Origin: Myxococcota bacterium
Lineage (GTDB): Bacteria > Myxococcota_A > UBA9160 > SMWR01
Reading direction: 5' to 3'
NCBI GenBank assembly: GCA_036560145.1
Contig: DATBRV010000062.1
Span: 108,703 to 172,702 of the forward strand
Length of the DNA: 64,000 nt
A model generated the notes under the pieces. It searched no databases and had not been told where the DNA came from. It saw only the letters and a program-made list of their open reading frames with translations. The translations under genes were made by a program, and so were the position numbers. Shown here in pieces: positions 44,874 to 54,332 of the stretch (positions within the stretch are counted from its first letter, which is position 1; each line of letters starts with the position of its first letter).

Positions 44874-46706
44874 ATGGCGCGTTCGAGACGGGATCGGGTT
44901 GCCAGGCCAGCGCGCTATCCGCGCTTCCAGCGCCTCGACGGCCGCCATCCGCTCCAGCGCCGCGCGCCGCACGCCACCGTCTGCTATCGGGCGCGCCGTC
45001 GCCGCGACGGCGAGGTGGCCTACTTCAACTTCGCGCTCGCCAAGGAGATGGGGCTCGTTCCCGAAGGCCACGCCGAGCGGCTGAACGCCGCGCTCTCGCG
45101 CGCCATCCTCGAGACATTCGCGCTCGCGATCATCAACGAGTACGACCTGCGGCGCGGCACGCGGTTCGCGCGGCGCGATCTCAAGCCGGGTTCGTACATG
45201 GCGACACGCTACCTCCAGCTCCAGCATCCGGACCGGAGCGGCCGCACCTCGGGCGATGGCCGCAGCATCTGGAACGGAACCGTCACGCACCGCGGCGTCA
45301 CCTGGGACGTCTCGAGCTGCGGCACCGGCGTGACGCGGCTCTGCCCAGCCACGGCGCAGACCGGGCGGTTCTACAAGTCCGGCAGCCGCGTCGCCTCCTA
45401 CGGCTGCGGCACGGCCGCGCTGGCCGAGGGCCTGGCCGCCGCGCTCCTCTCGGAGACCTTCCACCGCAACGGCATCGCGACCGAGCGGGTGCTCGCGGTG
45501 ATCGCCCTGCCGGGCGGCTTCGCCATCAACGTGCGCGCGGGGCGCAACCTGCTGCGCCCCTCCCACTTCCTGGCCCACTCGAAGCAGAACGATCTCGCGA
45601 CGCTTCGCGGCGTCGCCGACTGCTTCATCGCGCGTCAAATGCGAAACGGGAGCTGGCCGCGGATCCGGGGCACGGCCGCGCGCTACCGCCACCTCGCGGA
45701 AGAGGCGGCGCGCACCTTCGCGCAGATCGCCGCCACCTTCGAGTCCGAGTACGTCTTCTGCTGGCTCGCCTGGGACGGGGACAACATCCTGGCCGACGGC
45801 GGGATCGTGGACTACGGCTCGGTGCGCCAGTTCGGGCTCTACCACCGCGAGTATCGCTTCGACGACGTCGACCGGCTCTCGACCACGCTTCCCGAGCAGC
45901 GCCGCCAGGCGCGCGCGATCGTCCAGAACTTCGCGCAGATCCGGGATTTCCTGATCCGCGGCCGCAAGGCGCCGCTCTCTTCCTACCGGCGCGATCCCGT
46001 GCTGCGCCGGTTCGACGCGGAGTTCGAGGCGGCGACCCGCCGACTGCTGCTGCGCCGGATCGGGCTGCCGGCCGAGATCGCCGCGCCCCTGCTCGAGCGA
46101 GAGCGCGCCCTGATCGAGCGGTTCCGCCGCGCGCACGCGTACTTCGAGCGAGCCCGCTCGGCGCGCGGCCCGCAGATGGTTCCCGACGGCCTCTCCTGGA
46201 ACGCGATCTTTTCCTCCCGCGACCTGCTGCGCGAGCTGCCCGCCCGCTACCGCGCGGCGGCCGCGCCGATCCCCGCCGAGGAGCTGCTCGCGATCGCGGC
46301 TTCCAGCTACGCCTCGCGCGCGGATCGGATCCTGACCCCGCAGCGCCGGCGGATGGCGGGCGAGCTACAGCGCGCCTACCTGGCGCTGCTCGCCGCGGGC
46401 GCGCGCGCGGGGCGCGTCCCGCTCGCGTCGCTGCTGGACCGGGTGGCGCGGCGCTCGGCGGTGATCAACCGCTGGGACCGCATCACCGGCGACGCCGTCG
46501 AGTACGCCGCCGCGCGCCTGATGCGCAGCCGCCGCAGCCTCGGCCACGACGCGCTGCACGCCGTGATCGGCGGCCTGGTCGGCCACCAGGACCGCCGGGT
46601 CCCCCCGGCCGCCCTCGCCCGGGAGCCCCGCCCGGGCAGCCCGGCCGCGCAGCGCGTGCTCGGCGCGCTCCTCGACGTGGTGGCCGAGTACCGCCACGGA
46701 CTCTGA
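44874..46706 (+). CDS. divergent SelO/YdiU (UPF0061)-like pseudokinase-fold protein
   Basis: By eye it aligns to E. coli SelO blocks: SGDGRSIWNG / WDVSSCGTG (GDGR...LKGAG), LSETFHRNGIATERVLAVIAL (SEAMHYLGIPTTRAL), NVRAGRNLLRPSHF (RLAQSHMRFGHF), DGDNILADGGIVDYGSVRQFG (NTDNMSILGLTIDYGPFGF). Confidence 0.55.
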   Translation: MARSRRDRVARPARYPRFQRLDGRHPLQRRAPHATVCYRARRRRDGEVAYFNFALAKEMGLVPEGHAERLNAALSRAILETFALAIINEYDLRRGTRFARRDLKPGSYMATRYLQLQHPDRSGRTSGDGRSIWNGTVTHRGVTWDVSSCGTGVTRLCPATAQTGRFYKSGSRVASYGCGTAALAEGLAAALLSETFHRNGIATERVLAVIALPGGFAINVRAGRNLLRPSHFLAHSKQNDLATLRGVADCFIARQMRNGSWPRIRGTAARYRHLAEEAARTFAQIAATFESEYVFCWLAWDGDNILADGGIVDYGSVRQFGLYHREYRFDDVDRLSTTLPEQRRQARAIVQNFAQIRDFLIRGRKAPLSSYRRDPVLRRFDAEFEAATRRLLLRRIGLPAEIAAPLLERERALIERFRRAHAYFERARSARGPQMVPDGLSWNAIFSSRDLLRELPARYRAAAAPIPAEELLAIAASSYASRADRILTPQRRRMAGELQRAYLALLAAGARAGRVPLASLLDRVARRSAVINRWDRITGDAVEYAAARLMRSRRSLGHDALHAVIGGLVGHQDRRVPPAALAREPRPGSPAAQRVLGALLDVVAEYRHGL

Positions 46707-46759
46707 TCAAAAGCGACAGTGTTGTTGACTTTAATTCCGGCTTCGGCTACCCGTGCCGG

Positions 46760-47392
46760 ATGCCCCGAGCCGCCCTCTCCGCCCCGCGCCGCCCCCGGCG
46801 GATGGACTACGAGCGCACCCGAAGGCGGATCCTGGACGCCGCTCGGGCCCTGATCGCCGAGCGCGGGCCCGAGAGCCTCACGGTCTCCGCCGTCGCGCAC
46901 GCCGCGGCGATCAACCGCACCACCGCCTATCAGCACTTCCGCACCCGGGACGACCTGGTCGCCTTCGTGATGCAGGAGCTGATCGAGGAGGTCGGCCGCC
47001 TGATCGCCGAGCCGCGCCCGCTGCCCGAGCGCATCGATTACCTGGCCGGCTACTTCCTGGAGCACCCGGAGGTCGCGCGGCTCGCCCTGCACCTGATGCT
47101 CTCCGAAACGCCCCTTCCCGCGCAGGGCTGGAAGCACGCGGTCGACGAGGTGCGCAGGCTGGCCGGGGGCGACGGAGGTCAGGACGGCGTCGATGCCGAG
47201 ATGCTCGTCCACGTGCTGTTGGCCGTCGGCATCCTCTGGCCGCTGCACGCGCGCATCGAGTATGAGAATCCGCGCGCCCGCCGCCAGGCGACCGCGCGCC
47301 TGACGCGAGAGCTCAAGCGCGTGCTCCTCTACGGCGTGCTGCGTCCGGCGGCCTGGCCGGAGCTGGTGGAATCGATCCGGAGGGACTCATGA
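46760..47392 (+). CDS. TetR family transcriptional regulator
   Basis: HTH region RRRILDAARALIAERGPESLTVSAVAHAAAINRTTAYQHFRTRDDL. ATGA overlap with the P450 start. An AT-rich TTGACT-containing tract lies upstream at 46715-46740. Confidence 0.8.
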   Translation: MPRAALSAPRRPRRMDYERTRRRILDAARALIAERGPESLTVSAVAHAAAINRTTAYQHFRTRDDLVAFVMQELIEEVGRLIAEPRPLPERIDYLAGYFLEHPEVARLALHLMLSETPLPAQGWKHAVDEVRRLAGGDGGQDGVDAEMLVHVLLAVGILWPLHARIEYENPRARRQATARLTRELKRVLLYGVLRPAAWPELVESIRRDS

Positions 47393-48666
47393 CCGGCATC
47401 TCGTTCGATCCGATGCGCGCCGAGATGCGCGCCAACCCCTACCCAGCCTACGCCGAGTTGCGACGACACTCCCCGGTGCATCGGATCGCGAGCTCGGGGG
47501 TCTATGTCCTCTCCCGCTATGCCGATGTGCTCTTCACGCTGCGCCGCCCGGATCTCTTCTCGTCGAGCGCCATGAAGGCGATGATGATGGGAGGCTTCAC
47601 CGGCGGCGGGAACCTGGGAATGGGATTTTCCGGCGCGGAGGCCGCCCGCCTCGGCGCGCTTCTCCAGCAGATGCCGATCAAGCTTCCCGAGTTCATCGCC
47701 TCGCGATCGCTGATCGCCGCCGATCCGCCCGTGCACGGGCCCATGCGGAGCCTGGTGAACCGCGGCTTCACGCCGCGGCGGATCGCCGCGCTCGAGCCCC
47801 GGATCCGGGAGATCGCCCGGGGCGCGCTCGCCGCCGTCGAAGAAAAGGGAGAGTTCGATCTGGTCGAGGATCTCGCCATCCCGCTTCCCGTGACGGTGAT
47901 CGCGGAGATGCTCGGCGTGGAGGCCGAGCGACACGCGGATTTCAAGCACTGGTCCGACTGTATCATCTCCGGCATCACGGGCACCGCCGAGGGAATGCGC
48001 CCCGAGACGCTGCTCCAGGCCTTCGCGGAGCTGAGCGAATACGTGGCCCGCGTGGTCGAGGAGCGCCGGGCGCAGCCCCGGGAGGACCTGATCTCGACCA
48101 TGATCCTCGCCGGAGAGGGCGAGACAGCGCTCACCCCCGTCGAGGCGATGGGCTTCACGCTGCTCCTGCTGGTCGCGGGAAACGAGACCACCACCAACCT
48201 GCTGGGAAACAGCATGCTGGCCCTGCTCGATCATCCCGACCAGCTGGCGCGCGTCCAGCAGGATCCGAGCCTGGTTCCCGCCCTGGTCGAGGAGACGCTC
48301 CGCTACGACCCGCCCGCCCAGTTCGTCTACCGGACGGCGACGCGCGACGTCGAGCTCGCCGGAACCCGGATCCCGGCGGGCAGCACCGTGATGGTGCTGC
48401 TCGCCTCGGCCAACCGCGACGACGCGCAGTTCCCGGACGGCGAACGCTTCGACGTCGCCCGCAATCCACAGGGACACCTGGGCTTCGGGGTCGGGATCCA
48501 CTTCTGCCTGGGCGCTTCGCTCGCGCGCCTCGAGGCGAGGGTCACGCTCGAGGAGCTGCTGACGCGATTCGAGGAGTTCGAACGCGTCGACCCCGCCGTC
48601 GAGTACATCGATTCAGTTCTGGTGCGCGGGCCCCGGCGCCTGCCGCTGCGGTTCGAGCCCGCCTAG
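47389..48666 (+). CDS. cytochrome P450
   Basis: I-helix LLLLVAGNETT, EXXR (ETLRY), and the heme loop FGVGIHFCLGASLARLE. Confidence 0.92.
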   Translation: MTGISFDPMRAEMRANPYPAYAELRRHSPVHRIASSGVYVLSRYADVLFTLRRPDLFSSSAMKAMMMGGFTGGGNLGMGFSGAEAARLGALLQQMPIKLPEFIASRSLIAADPPVHGPMRSLVNRGFTPRRIAALEPRIREIARGALAAVEEKGEFDLVEDLAIPLPVTVIAEMLGVEAERHADFKHWSDCIISGITGTAEGMRPETLLQAFAELSEYVARVVEERRAQPREDLISTMILAGEGETALTPVEAMGFTLLLLVAGNETTTNLLGNSMLALLDHPDQLARVQQDPSLVPALVEETLRYDPPAQFVYRTATRDVELAGTRIPAGSTVMVLLASANRDDAQFPDGERFDVARNPQGHLGFGVGIHFCLGASLARLEARVTLEELLTRFEEFERVDPAVEYIDSVLVRGPRRLPLRFEPA

Positions 48667-48995
48667 CCGCCGCTGACGCGGCCGCCGCTGTTCGTGCAGT
48701 CCGACTGGCTCATGAAGCGGACGGCGCCGCCCACCTTGCAGCTCACGATGTCGCTCTTGGCGTCGTCGGAGCGCGGCTCGAAGGTGCGCGCGCTGTCCCA
48801 CCACTGGCGGGCGCGCTCGGCCGGCGTGGGCTCCTTGTCCTTCGCAGCCGCGGCTTCGCCCTTGGCGTCCGGGGGCTTGCCGCCGTAACGGTCCATTTCT
48901 TTTTGCCCGGCGTCGATCTCGTCGAACACGAAGCAGCCCCAGCAAAGCGTCGAGGCGAGCACGACCGCGAGCCTGCGCAGGATGGAAGCGCGCAT
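48663..48995 (-). CDS. small lipoprotein
   Basis: ATG 48995. Lipobox-like STLCWGC. GC3-rich. No Shine-Dalgarno. The rest of the 590-aa track ORF is an antisense shadow of 49071..50414. Confidence 0.5.
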   Translation of the reverse strand: MRASILRRLAVVLASTLCWGCFVFDEIDAGQKEMDRYGGKPPDAKGEAAAAKDKEPTPAERARQWWDSARTFEPRSDDAKSDIVSCKVGGAVRFMSQSDCTNSGGRVSGG

Positions 48996-49070
48996 ACCGG
49001 AAGGAATCGGCAGAACGGCGCCCCCGGCTGAGCCGGCCCGGCGCGCGGCGAGCCTATACTTGCCGGTCGG

Positions 49071-50414
49071 ATGCGGCTTCCCGAACCCCCGGTCGACCTG
49101 CGCCTGCTCCTCGGCTGCCTGTGGCTGCTGCTCGGCGGCGCGGCCCGGGCCGCCGATTTCGATCCGCTCCAGGGCATCGATCCCGACGGGCGCATCCCTG
49201 CCGTCGTCCGCCCGGACGATCTCCCGAACCCGGAGCGCTGGCGCTACATCCCGGAGGGGCGGCTCAAGCCCGGCAACCTCTTCCAGCGCTTCCTGGTGAG
49301 CAGCATGATCGCGCCCTTCGTCTTCTACGACAGCGACGTCGGCGTCGGCTTCGGGGTGGCCCTGGTCGACATCGACTTTCGCGAGCAGCGGCGGCGGGAG
49401 TTCGCCGGCGCCTTCCTCTCCTACACGACGGAAGGTCAGCAGAACTACACCTTCGTCTGGCGCCGCTGGATCCACCACCGCGAGCTGCCGGGCGGCGGCG
49501 TGCTCCAGGAGGAGCGCAGCCTGCTGCACGCGGCCGGCGGCTACGAGCGCTCGCTCACCCGCCGCTTCTTCGGGTTCGGCCCGAAGACGCACGAGGGCGA
49601 CGAGACGAGCTACCGGGACACGCTCGGCTTCGTCGAATTCGGCATCGATCTGGCGCTGCCGGATCCGGGCGACGACCTGGTGCTCAGCCTGGGCGCGAGC
49701 GGCGAGTGGCACGACCTGGGGGATGGCCACGTCTCGGGCAAGCCCAATACGTCGGAGATCTATCCCGCGCTGTTCGAGGCAGCCGATCCCGCCGCGCTCG
49801 GCTACCTGCACGCCGGCCTGCGCTGGGATACCCGCGACAGCCAGGTCAATCCCTACCGCGGCTGGTTCGTCTCCGGCAACGTCGACGCGGCGCTGCTCCA
49901 GCGCGGGGGCGACGTCGGCGCCATCTGGACCCTCGCCGGGGGGCGCGTCTTCGGCGTGCCGGCGATCTTCCACGACGGCGGCGACCCCGGCGAGGAGCAT
50001 CCCCCCACCGACACCCTGGCGGTGGGACTGAGGAGCCAGCTCACCTCGGGAGACCTGCCCTTCTTCGAGCTGCCGAGCCTCGGCGGCTCGGACGTCGAGC
50101 GCGGCTTCATCGCCGGCCGCTGGCGCGACCGCGCCAGCTGGGTCGCCAGCATCGAGCACCGTTTCTGGCTGCTCCCGCGCGGCTTTCCGATCCCGTTTAC
50201 CGACGCGATCCGGGTCGAGCGCTTCGGCGCCGCGCTCTTCTACGAGGCGGGCGCTGTGGCCGAGGACGGCGGGTCGCTCTTCGGGAGCCACGTCCGTTCG
50301 AGCTACGGCTTCGGGCTGCGCGCCAGCCTCGAGCGCTCGGCCCCCTTCCGCGTCGACATCGGCTTCTCGGAGGACGGCGTCAACGTCGCCGCGGGCTTCG
50401 GCTGGAGCTTCTGA
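49071..50414 (+). CDS. Omp85/BamA-like outer-membrane beta-barrel (surface antigen domain) protein
   Basis: Signal peptide ...GGAARA. Alternating beta-strand pattern. C-terminal ...RVDIGFSEDGVNVAAGFGWSF with a terminal Phe. Confidence 0.7.
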   Translation: MRLPEPPVDLRLLLGCLWLLLGGAARAADFDPLQGIDPDGRIPAVVRPDDLPNPERWRYIPEGRLKPGNLFQRFLVSSMIAPFVFYDSDVGVGFGVALVDIDFREQRRREFAGAFLSYTTEGQQNYTFVWRRWIHHRELPGGGVLQEERSLLHAAGGYERSLTRRFFGFGPKTHEGDETSYRDTLGFVEFGIDLALPDPGDDLVLSLGASGEWHDLGDGHVSGKPNTSEIYPALFEAADPAALGYLHAGLRWDTRDSQVNPYRGWFVSGNVDAALLQRGGDVGAIWTLAGGRVFGVPAIFHDGGDPGEEHPPTDTLAVGLRSQLTSGDLPFFELPSLGGSDVERGFIAGRWRDRASWVASIEHRFWLLPRGFPIPFTDAIRVERFGAALFYEAGAVAEDGGSLFGSHVRSSYGFGLRASLERSAPFRVDIGFSEDGVNVAAGFGWSF

Positions 50415-50500
50415 GCCGCGCCGAGCCACCCACATTTCACTTCTTTGCGTGGGCGCCGCGGCGTATGATGAGCGGATTCACCCCCGCGGAGGATCCTCCC

Positions 50501-51724
50501 GTGAAGAAGCTCCTGCTCGCCGCCGGCCTCGTCGCCTTCGCCTCGTCGGCCGCCGCCGACGGCTCCGACTATCGTTATCTCCAGCTGGTGTCCCCCGGCC
50601 AGTCGATCCAGGCTGCCATCGACCGCGCGGCGGAGGGCGGCTGGATCCTGGTGCTGCCGGGGACCTACCGCGAGACGGCCGACGCGACCAACGGGCTCAA
50701 CATCACGCGCGGCGTCAACCTGGTCGGCCTCTCGACGCCGCGGAAGAAGGTGGTGCTCGAGAACTCGGGCTCGCAGCGCAACGGCATCGTCGCCGTGCCC
50801 GCGGCGCACACCGACTGCATGAGCTGCCACGCGAGCATGGCGCCGCCCTTCGAGCTGCTGCCGGGCGTGGACCCGAGCCCGCTCTCGACGGAGCCGACGA
50901 TCTACGGGCTCTCGATCAGCGGCATCACGATCCAGAACTTCTCCAACAACGGGCTCTTCACCCGTAACGTCGACGGCTTCAAGTTCATCGACGTCCATTC
51001 GGTCGGGAACCGGAACTACGGGATCTTCCCGACCGCGTCGAAGAACGGGCTGATCGCCCACAGCAGCGCCACCGGCGCCAACGACAGCGGCATCTGGGTG
51101 GAGACCTCCGAGCTGGTCGCCGTCACCCACAACCTGGTGGAAGGCAACGTCAACGGCTTCGAGGTCTCGAACAGCGAGGAGATCCTGCTCGCCAACAACG
51201 AGGCGCGGGGCAACACGGTCGGGATGGCGATCCTGTTCCTGCCCGACATCTTCGACGAGCGGCCCGACTCCCGGCGCATCACAGTGCGCAACAACCACGT
51301 TCACGACAACAACAAGCCCAACACCGCCCGGCCGGGCTCGATCCTCTCGACGGTCCCGTCGGGAACCGGGATCCTCTACCTGGGCGTCGACGACTCCGTG
51401 ATCTCGAAGAACGTGGTGCGGAACCACGACTTCGTCGGAATCGGCGTCGTCGATTACTGCGCGGTGGTCGCCGGAGGCCCCTTCGACTGCCTGGTGGATC
51501 CCGACATCACGCTCGGCTTCCTGCTCGACAACGCCGCCAGCAACAACCAGGTGATCGAGAACGTGGTGGTCGAGAACGGGGTCGACGTGGATCCCGGGAA
51601 CCCCTTCGCCTTCGCGGCCAGCGACCTCGCGCTGATCACGGACGGCGACAACCGGAACTGCTACCAGGACAACATCTTCGGGACGTTCTTCTCGACGCTC
51701 GGTGTGCTGCCGCCCTGTCGCTGA
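50501..51724 (+). CDS. secreted right-handed parallel beta-helix repeat protein (NosD/pectate-lyase-like)
   Basis: GGAGGAT Shine-Dalgarno 7 nt before GTG 50501. Signal peptide KKLLLAAGLVAFASSAAA. Repeated ...N.I..N...GI.. turns (NNGLFTRN, NRNYGIFP, NDSGIWVE, VNGFEVSN, GNTVGMAI). Confidence 0.75.
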   Translation: MKKLLLAAGLVAFASSAAADGSDYRYLQLVSPGQSIQAAIDRAAEGGWILVLPGTYRETADATNGLNITRGVNLVGLSTPRKKVVLENSGSQRNGIVAVPAAHTDCMSCHASMAPPFELLPGVDPSPLSTEPTIYGLSISGITIQNFSNNGLFTRNVDGFKFIDVHSVGNRNYGIFPTASKNGLIAHSSATGANDSGIWVETSELVAVTHNLVEGNVNGFEVSNSEEILLANNEARGNTVGMAILFLPDIFDERPDSRRITVRNNHVHDNNKPNTARPGSILSTVPSGTGILYLGVDDSVISKNVVRNHDFVGIGVVDYCAVVAGGPFDCLVDPDITLGFLLDNAASNNQVIENVVVENGVDVDPGNPFAFAASDLALITDGDNRNCYQDNIFGTFFSTLGVLPPCR

Positions 51725-51742
51725 CCCGCCGCGGCGAGCGCG

Positions 51743-52477
51743 ATGCAATCGAGCCAGACCGAGCGCCGGCTCCTCGCCGGCCCCGCCAGCCGTCTCGCCG
51801 AGCTGCGGCGCGCGCTGCGCATCTTCGCCGAGCTGCTGCGCGGCTTCCGCGCGCTCCACTTCGCGGGGCCCTGCGTGACCGTGTTCGGCTCGGCCCGCTT
51901 CCCGGAGGGACATCCCCATTACGAGCTGGCGCGCGAGATGGGGCGCCGGATCGGCCGGATGGGCTTCACGGTGATGACCGGCGGGGGCCCCGGCATCATG
52001 GAGGCGGCCAACCGCGGCGCCCGCGACGTCGGCGCGTGCTCGATCGGCTGCAACATCGCGCTGCCGCTCGAGCAGGTGCCGAATCCGTATCTGGACCGCT
52101 TCATCGAGTTCGAGCACTTCTTCGTGCGCAAGCTGATGCTCGTCAAATACTCCTACGCCTTCCTGGCGCTGCCGGGCGGCTTCGGGACGCTCGATGAGGT
52201 CTTCGAGGTCGCGACGCTGATCCAGACCCGCAAGATCGAGGGTTTCCCCTGCGTGCTGATGGGCCTCGAGTACTGGGCGCCGCTGCGGGAGTTCATCGAG
52301 AAGCAGATGACCGCCGCGGGGACGATCTCGCGCGCGGACGCCGCGCAGATCCTCTTCACCGACGACCCCGAGCTGGCCATGCGCTGGATCGCCGAGCGCA
52401 CCGAGGCGCTGCTCGCCGCCCATCGCCCCCCGCGCCCGCTGCGGCTGCTGGGCGAGAAGGGAATGGCGCCGCGCTGA
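51743..52477 (+). CDS. LOG family (TIGR00730) nucleotide phosphoribohydrolase-like protein
   Basis: Motifs VTVFGSAR, GGGPGIMEAANRGA and PGGFGTLDEVFE. Confidence 0.85.
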   Translation: MQSSQTERRLLAGPASRLAELRRALRIFAELLRGFRALHFAGPCVTVFGSARFPEGHPHYELAREMGRRIGRMGFTVMTGGGPGIMEAANRGARDVGACSIGCNIALPLEQVPNPYLDRFIEFEHFFVRKLMLVKYSYAFLALPGGFGTLDEVFEVATLIQTRKIEGFPCVLMGLEYWAPLREFIEKQMTAAGTISRADAAQILFTDDPELAMRWIAERTEALLAAHRPPRPLRLLGEKGMAPR

Positions 52478-52499
52478 AGGAACGCCGCCGGTGGCGGGC

Positions 52500-53381
52500 T
52501 CACTCGCCAGGCGGCTCGGGCTCGACCTGGATCTCCAGCTCCTTGCGCTGCTCGTAGACCTTTCGGAGCCGGCGCTGCTTCTCCATCTCGATCCGCAGCT
52601 CCTTGAGCACCGCCTCCTTCGAGATCTCGCGCTCCTGCACCTCGAGCGAGAGCGCCTTGCACGAGTCCTTCATGTACGGCCCGCAGGCGGGGCTCGAGCA
52701 GCAGTAGCCGGCAAAATCCTCGAAGCGGCGCGGCGCCTGGGGAAGCCGCGCCACGTTGATCGTGCGCAACATCTCCGGATCCGTCGCCTGGAGCTCGGCG
52801 AAGCACTGGCGCGCCTCCGCCAGGTCGCCCCGCTTCCACGCGATCAGCATGTCGTTGAAGAGCCCCGCACCGTAGGGGGCCCCCTTCTTCACGCCGAGGT
52901 CGGTCCAGGTCTGCGCCTTGTTGAGCTGCCCGAGGTAGACGTAGATCTCCCCGATGTTGGTGTAGGCGGTGCCGGAGGGCTGGAGGCGCCGCGCGTTGTC
53001 GAAGCCGCGCATCGCCTGCCGGAGCTGGCCCCGATAGGTGTCCATCACCGCCAGGTAGAAGTGGGGCCGCTCGTCGCGCGGGTCGATCTCGAGCGCGGTC
53101 ACGAACTCGGCGACCGACTTCTCGAGAAAGGCCAGGTAGCGCGTCTCGTCGTGCTCCCGATCCAGTGCGTCGCGCGCGATCTTGTAGTACGCCTCGCCCA
53201 GCGCGACGCGCACGTCGGCCGAGTCCGGGTCGGCCGCGCGCGCCTGCTCGAGCTCCGTGCGCGCGCCCTCCAGGTCGCCGCTCTGGGCCTTCGCCTGCGC
53301 GCGCGAGACCGCCGCGGGCGCGCAGCCGGCCGCCGCGAGCAGCAGGAGCGCCGCCAGCACCGAGAAGTTCCGCCGCGTCAC
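52500..53381 (-). CDS. TPR-repeat lipoprotein with Cys-rich and coiled-coil C-terminus
   Basis: GTG 53381 forms a GTGA overlap with the upstream stop. Lipobox LLLAAAGC. TPR-like helices. CCSSPACGPYMKDSC followed by a Glu/Lys-rich tail. Confidence 0.65.
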   Translation of the reverse strand: MTRRNFSVLAALLLLAAAGCAPAAVSRAQAKAQSGDLEGARTELEQARAADPDSADVRVALGEAYYKIARDALDREHDETRYLAFLEKSVAEFVTALEIDPRDERPHFYLAVMDTYRGQLRQAMRGFDNARRLQPSGTAYTNIGEIYVYLGQLNKAQTWTDLGVKKGAPYGAGLFNDMLIAWKRGDLAEARQCFAELQATDPEMLRTINVARLPQAPRRFEDFAGYCCSSPACGPYMKDSCKALSLEVQEREISKEAVLKELRIEMEKQRRLRKVYEQRKELEIQVEPEPPGE

Positions 53382-54280
53382 GAGCCTCCCTCGCCGCCCT
53401 CCGCAGGAGCGGCGGGCCGTAGCGTAGTCCGCTCCAGCTCCTCCGATAAGGGTTCGATCACGGCGCGCAGACGGCGGGCGGCATCCGCCGCCTCGTGCAT
53501 CCACCGGTGCTCGGCGTCGAAGACGAAGAACTCGACGCGGTAGGCCGCTGGCAACGATCGCTGGATCGCGTCGCGATCGCCGTCCGAAATCGGACCCGGG
53601 CTCACGACCAGCAGCAGATCCGGCGCGAAGGCTCGCAAGCGGCCCGCCTCCAGCGGGATCTGCGTCTCCTCGCCGCCGTGCGTCACGCTGCTCGCGCCGG
53701 CGATTTCGATGAAGTCCGTGATGAAGCTGTGTCCCCCCGCGAACGAGAGCGGCGCGGGGCCGATCAACCCGGCCACGCGCGGGCGCGGTCTTCCGAACGA
53801 GGAACCTCCAATGCCGGCGAGCTCACGCGAGAGCGCCACCTCGAATGCCCGGGCGCGAGGAGTGCCCACCAGCCGCGCCCCCAGATCGCGGCAGAGAGCG
53901 AGGGCCTCTTCGAGGTCGTGGGGCGCGTACACGATGACTTCGAACCCGGCAGAGCGCAGCGCCTCGCCAGCCTGCGCTTCCGGCACCAGAATGACGTCCG
54001 GGGCGAACTCGCCCGCGCCGGCGAGATCCACGATCGGAAGCCCGCGCAGGGCGGGAATCTCGCTCGACCCGCGGTCGACGGCGAGGATGCCTTCGCCCGC
54101 GCCGAGGGCGAGCAGGAACTCACTGGCCGCCCGGGACAGCGAGACGAGACGCAGCGGCGAAACCGATTGCGGCGCCTCTGCAATCCTCTCCGACGATCCG
54201 CAAGCGATCAGGCCGGCGACGCCCGCGAGCAGGGCGACGCGCCTCCCCACGGGAAACCTCCTGTTGAATACGTCTGACAT
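53378..54280 (-). CDS. periplasmic binding protein (BtuF/FecB-like, Peripla_BP_2 type) lipoprotein
   Basis: ATG 54280. Lipobox GLIACG. LRLVSLSRAASEFLLALGAGEGILAVD is the typical N-lobe motif. Confidence 0.65.
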   Translation of the reverse strand: MSDVFNRRFPVGRRVALLAGVAGLIACGSSERIAEAPQSVSPLRLVSLSRAASEFLLALGAGEGILAVDRGSSEIPALRGLPIVDLAGAGEFAPDVILVPEAQAGEALRSAGFEVIVYAPHDLEEALALCRDLGARLVGTPRARAFEVALSRELAGIGGSSFGRPRPRVAGLIGPAPLSFAGGHSFITDFIEIAGASSVTHGGEETQIPLEAGRLRAFAPDLLLVVSPGPISDGDRDAIQRSLPAAYRVEFFVFDAEHRWMHEAADAARRLRAVIEPLSEELERTTLRPAAPAEGGEGGS

Positions 54281-54332
54281 CCCGTGACCATCCCTGATAG
54301 AGTGTGATGCATTCCCCGAGGAGGGAGAAGAG

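Noticed and set aside
46707-46759. TetR operator palindrome in the AT-rich tract AAAGCGACAGTGTTGTTGACTTT
   Set aside because: The two half-sites match at only about half of their positions. Only a generic TTGACT -35-like hexamer is defensible.
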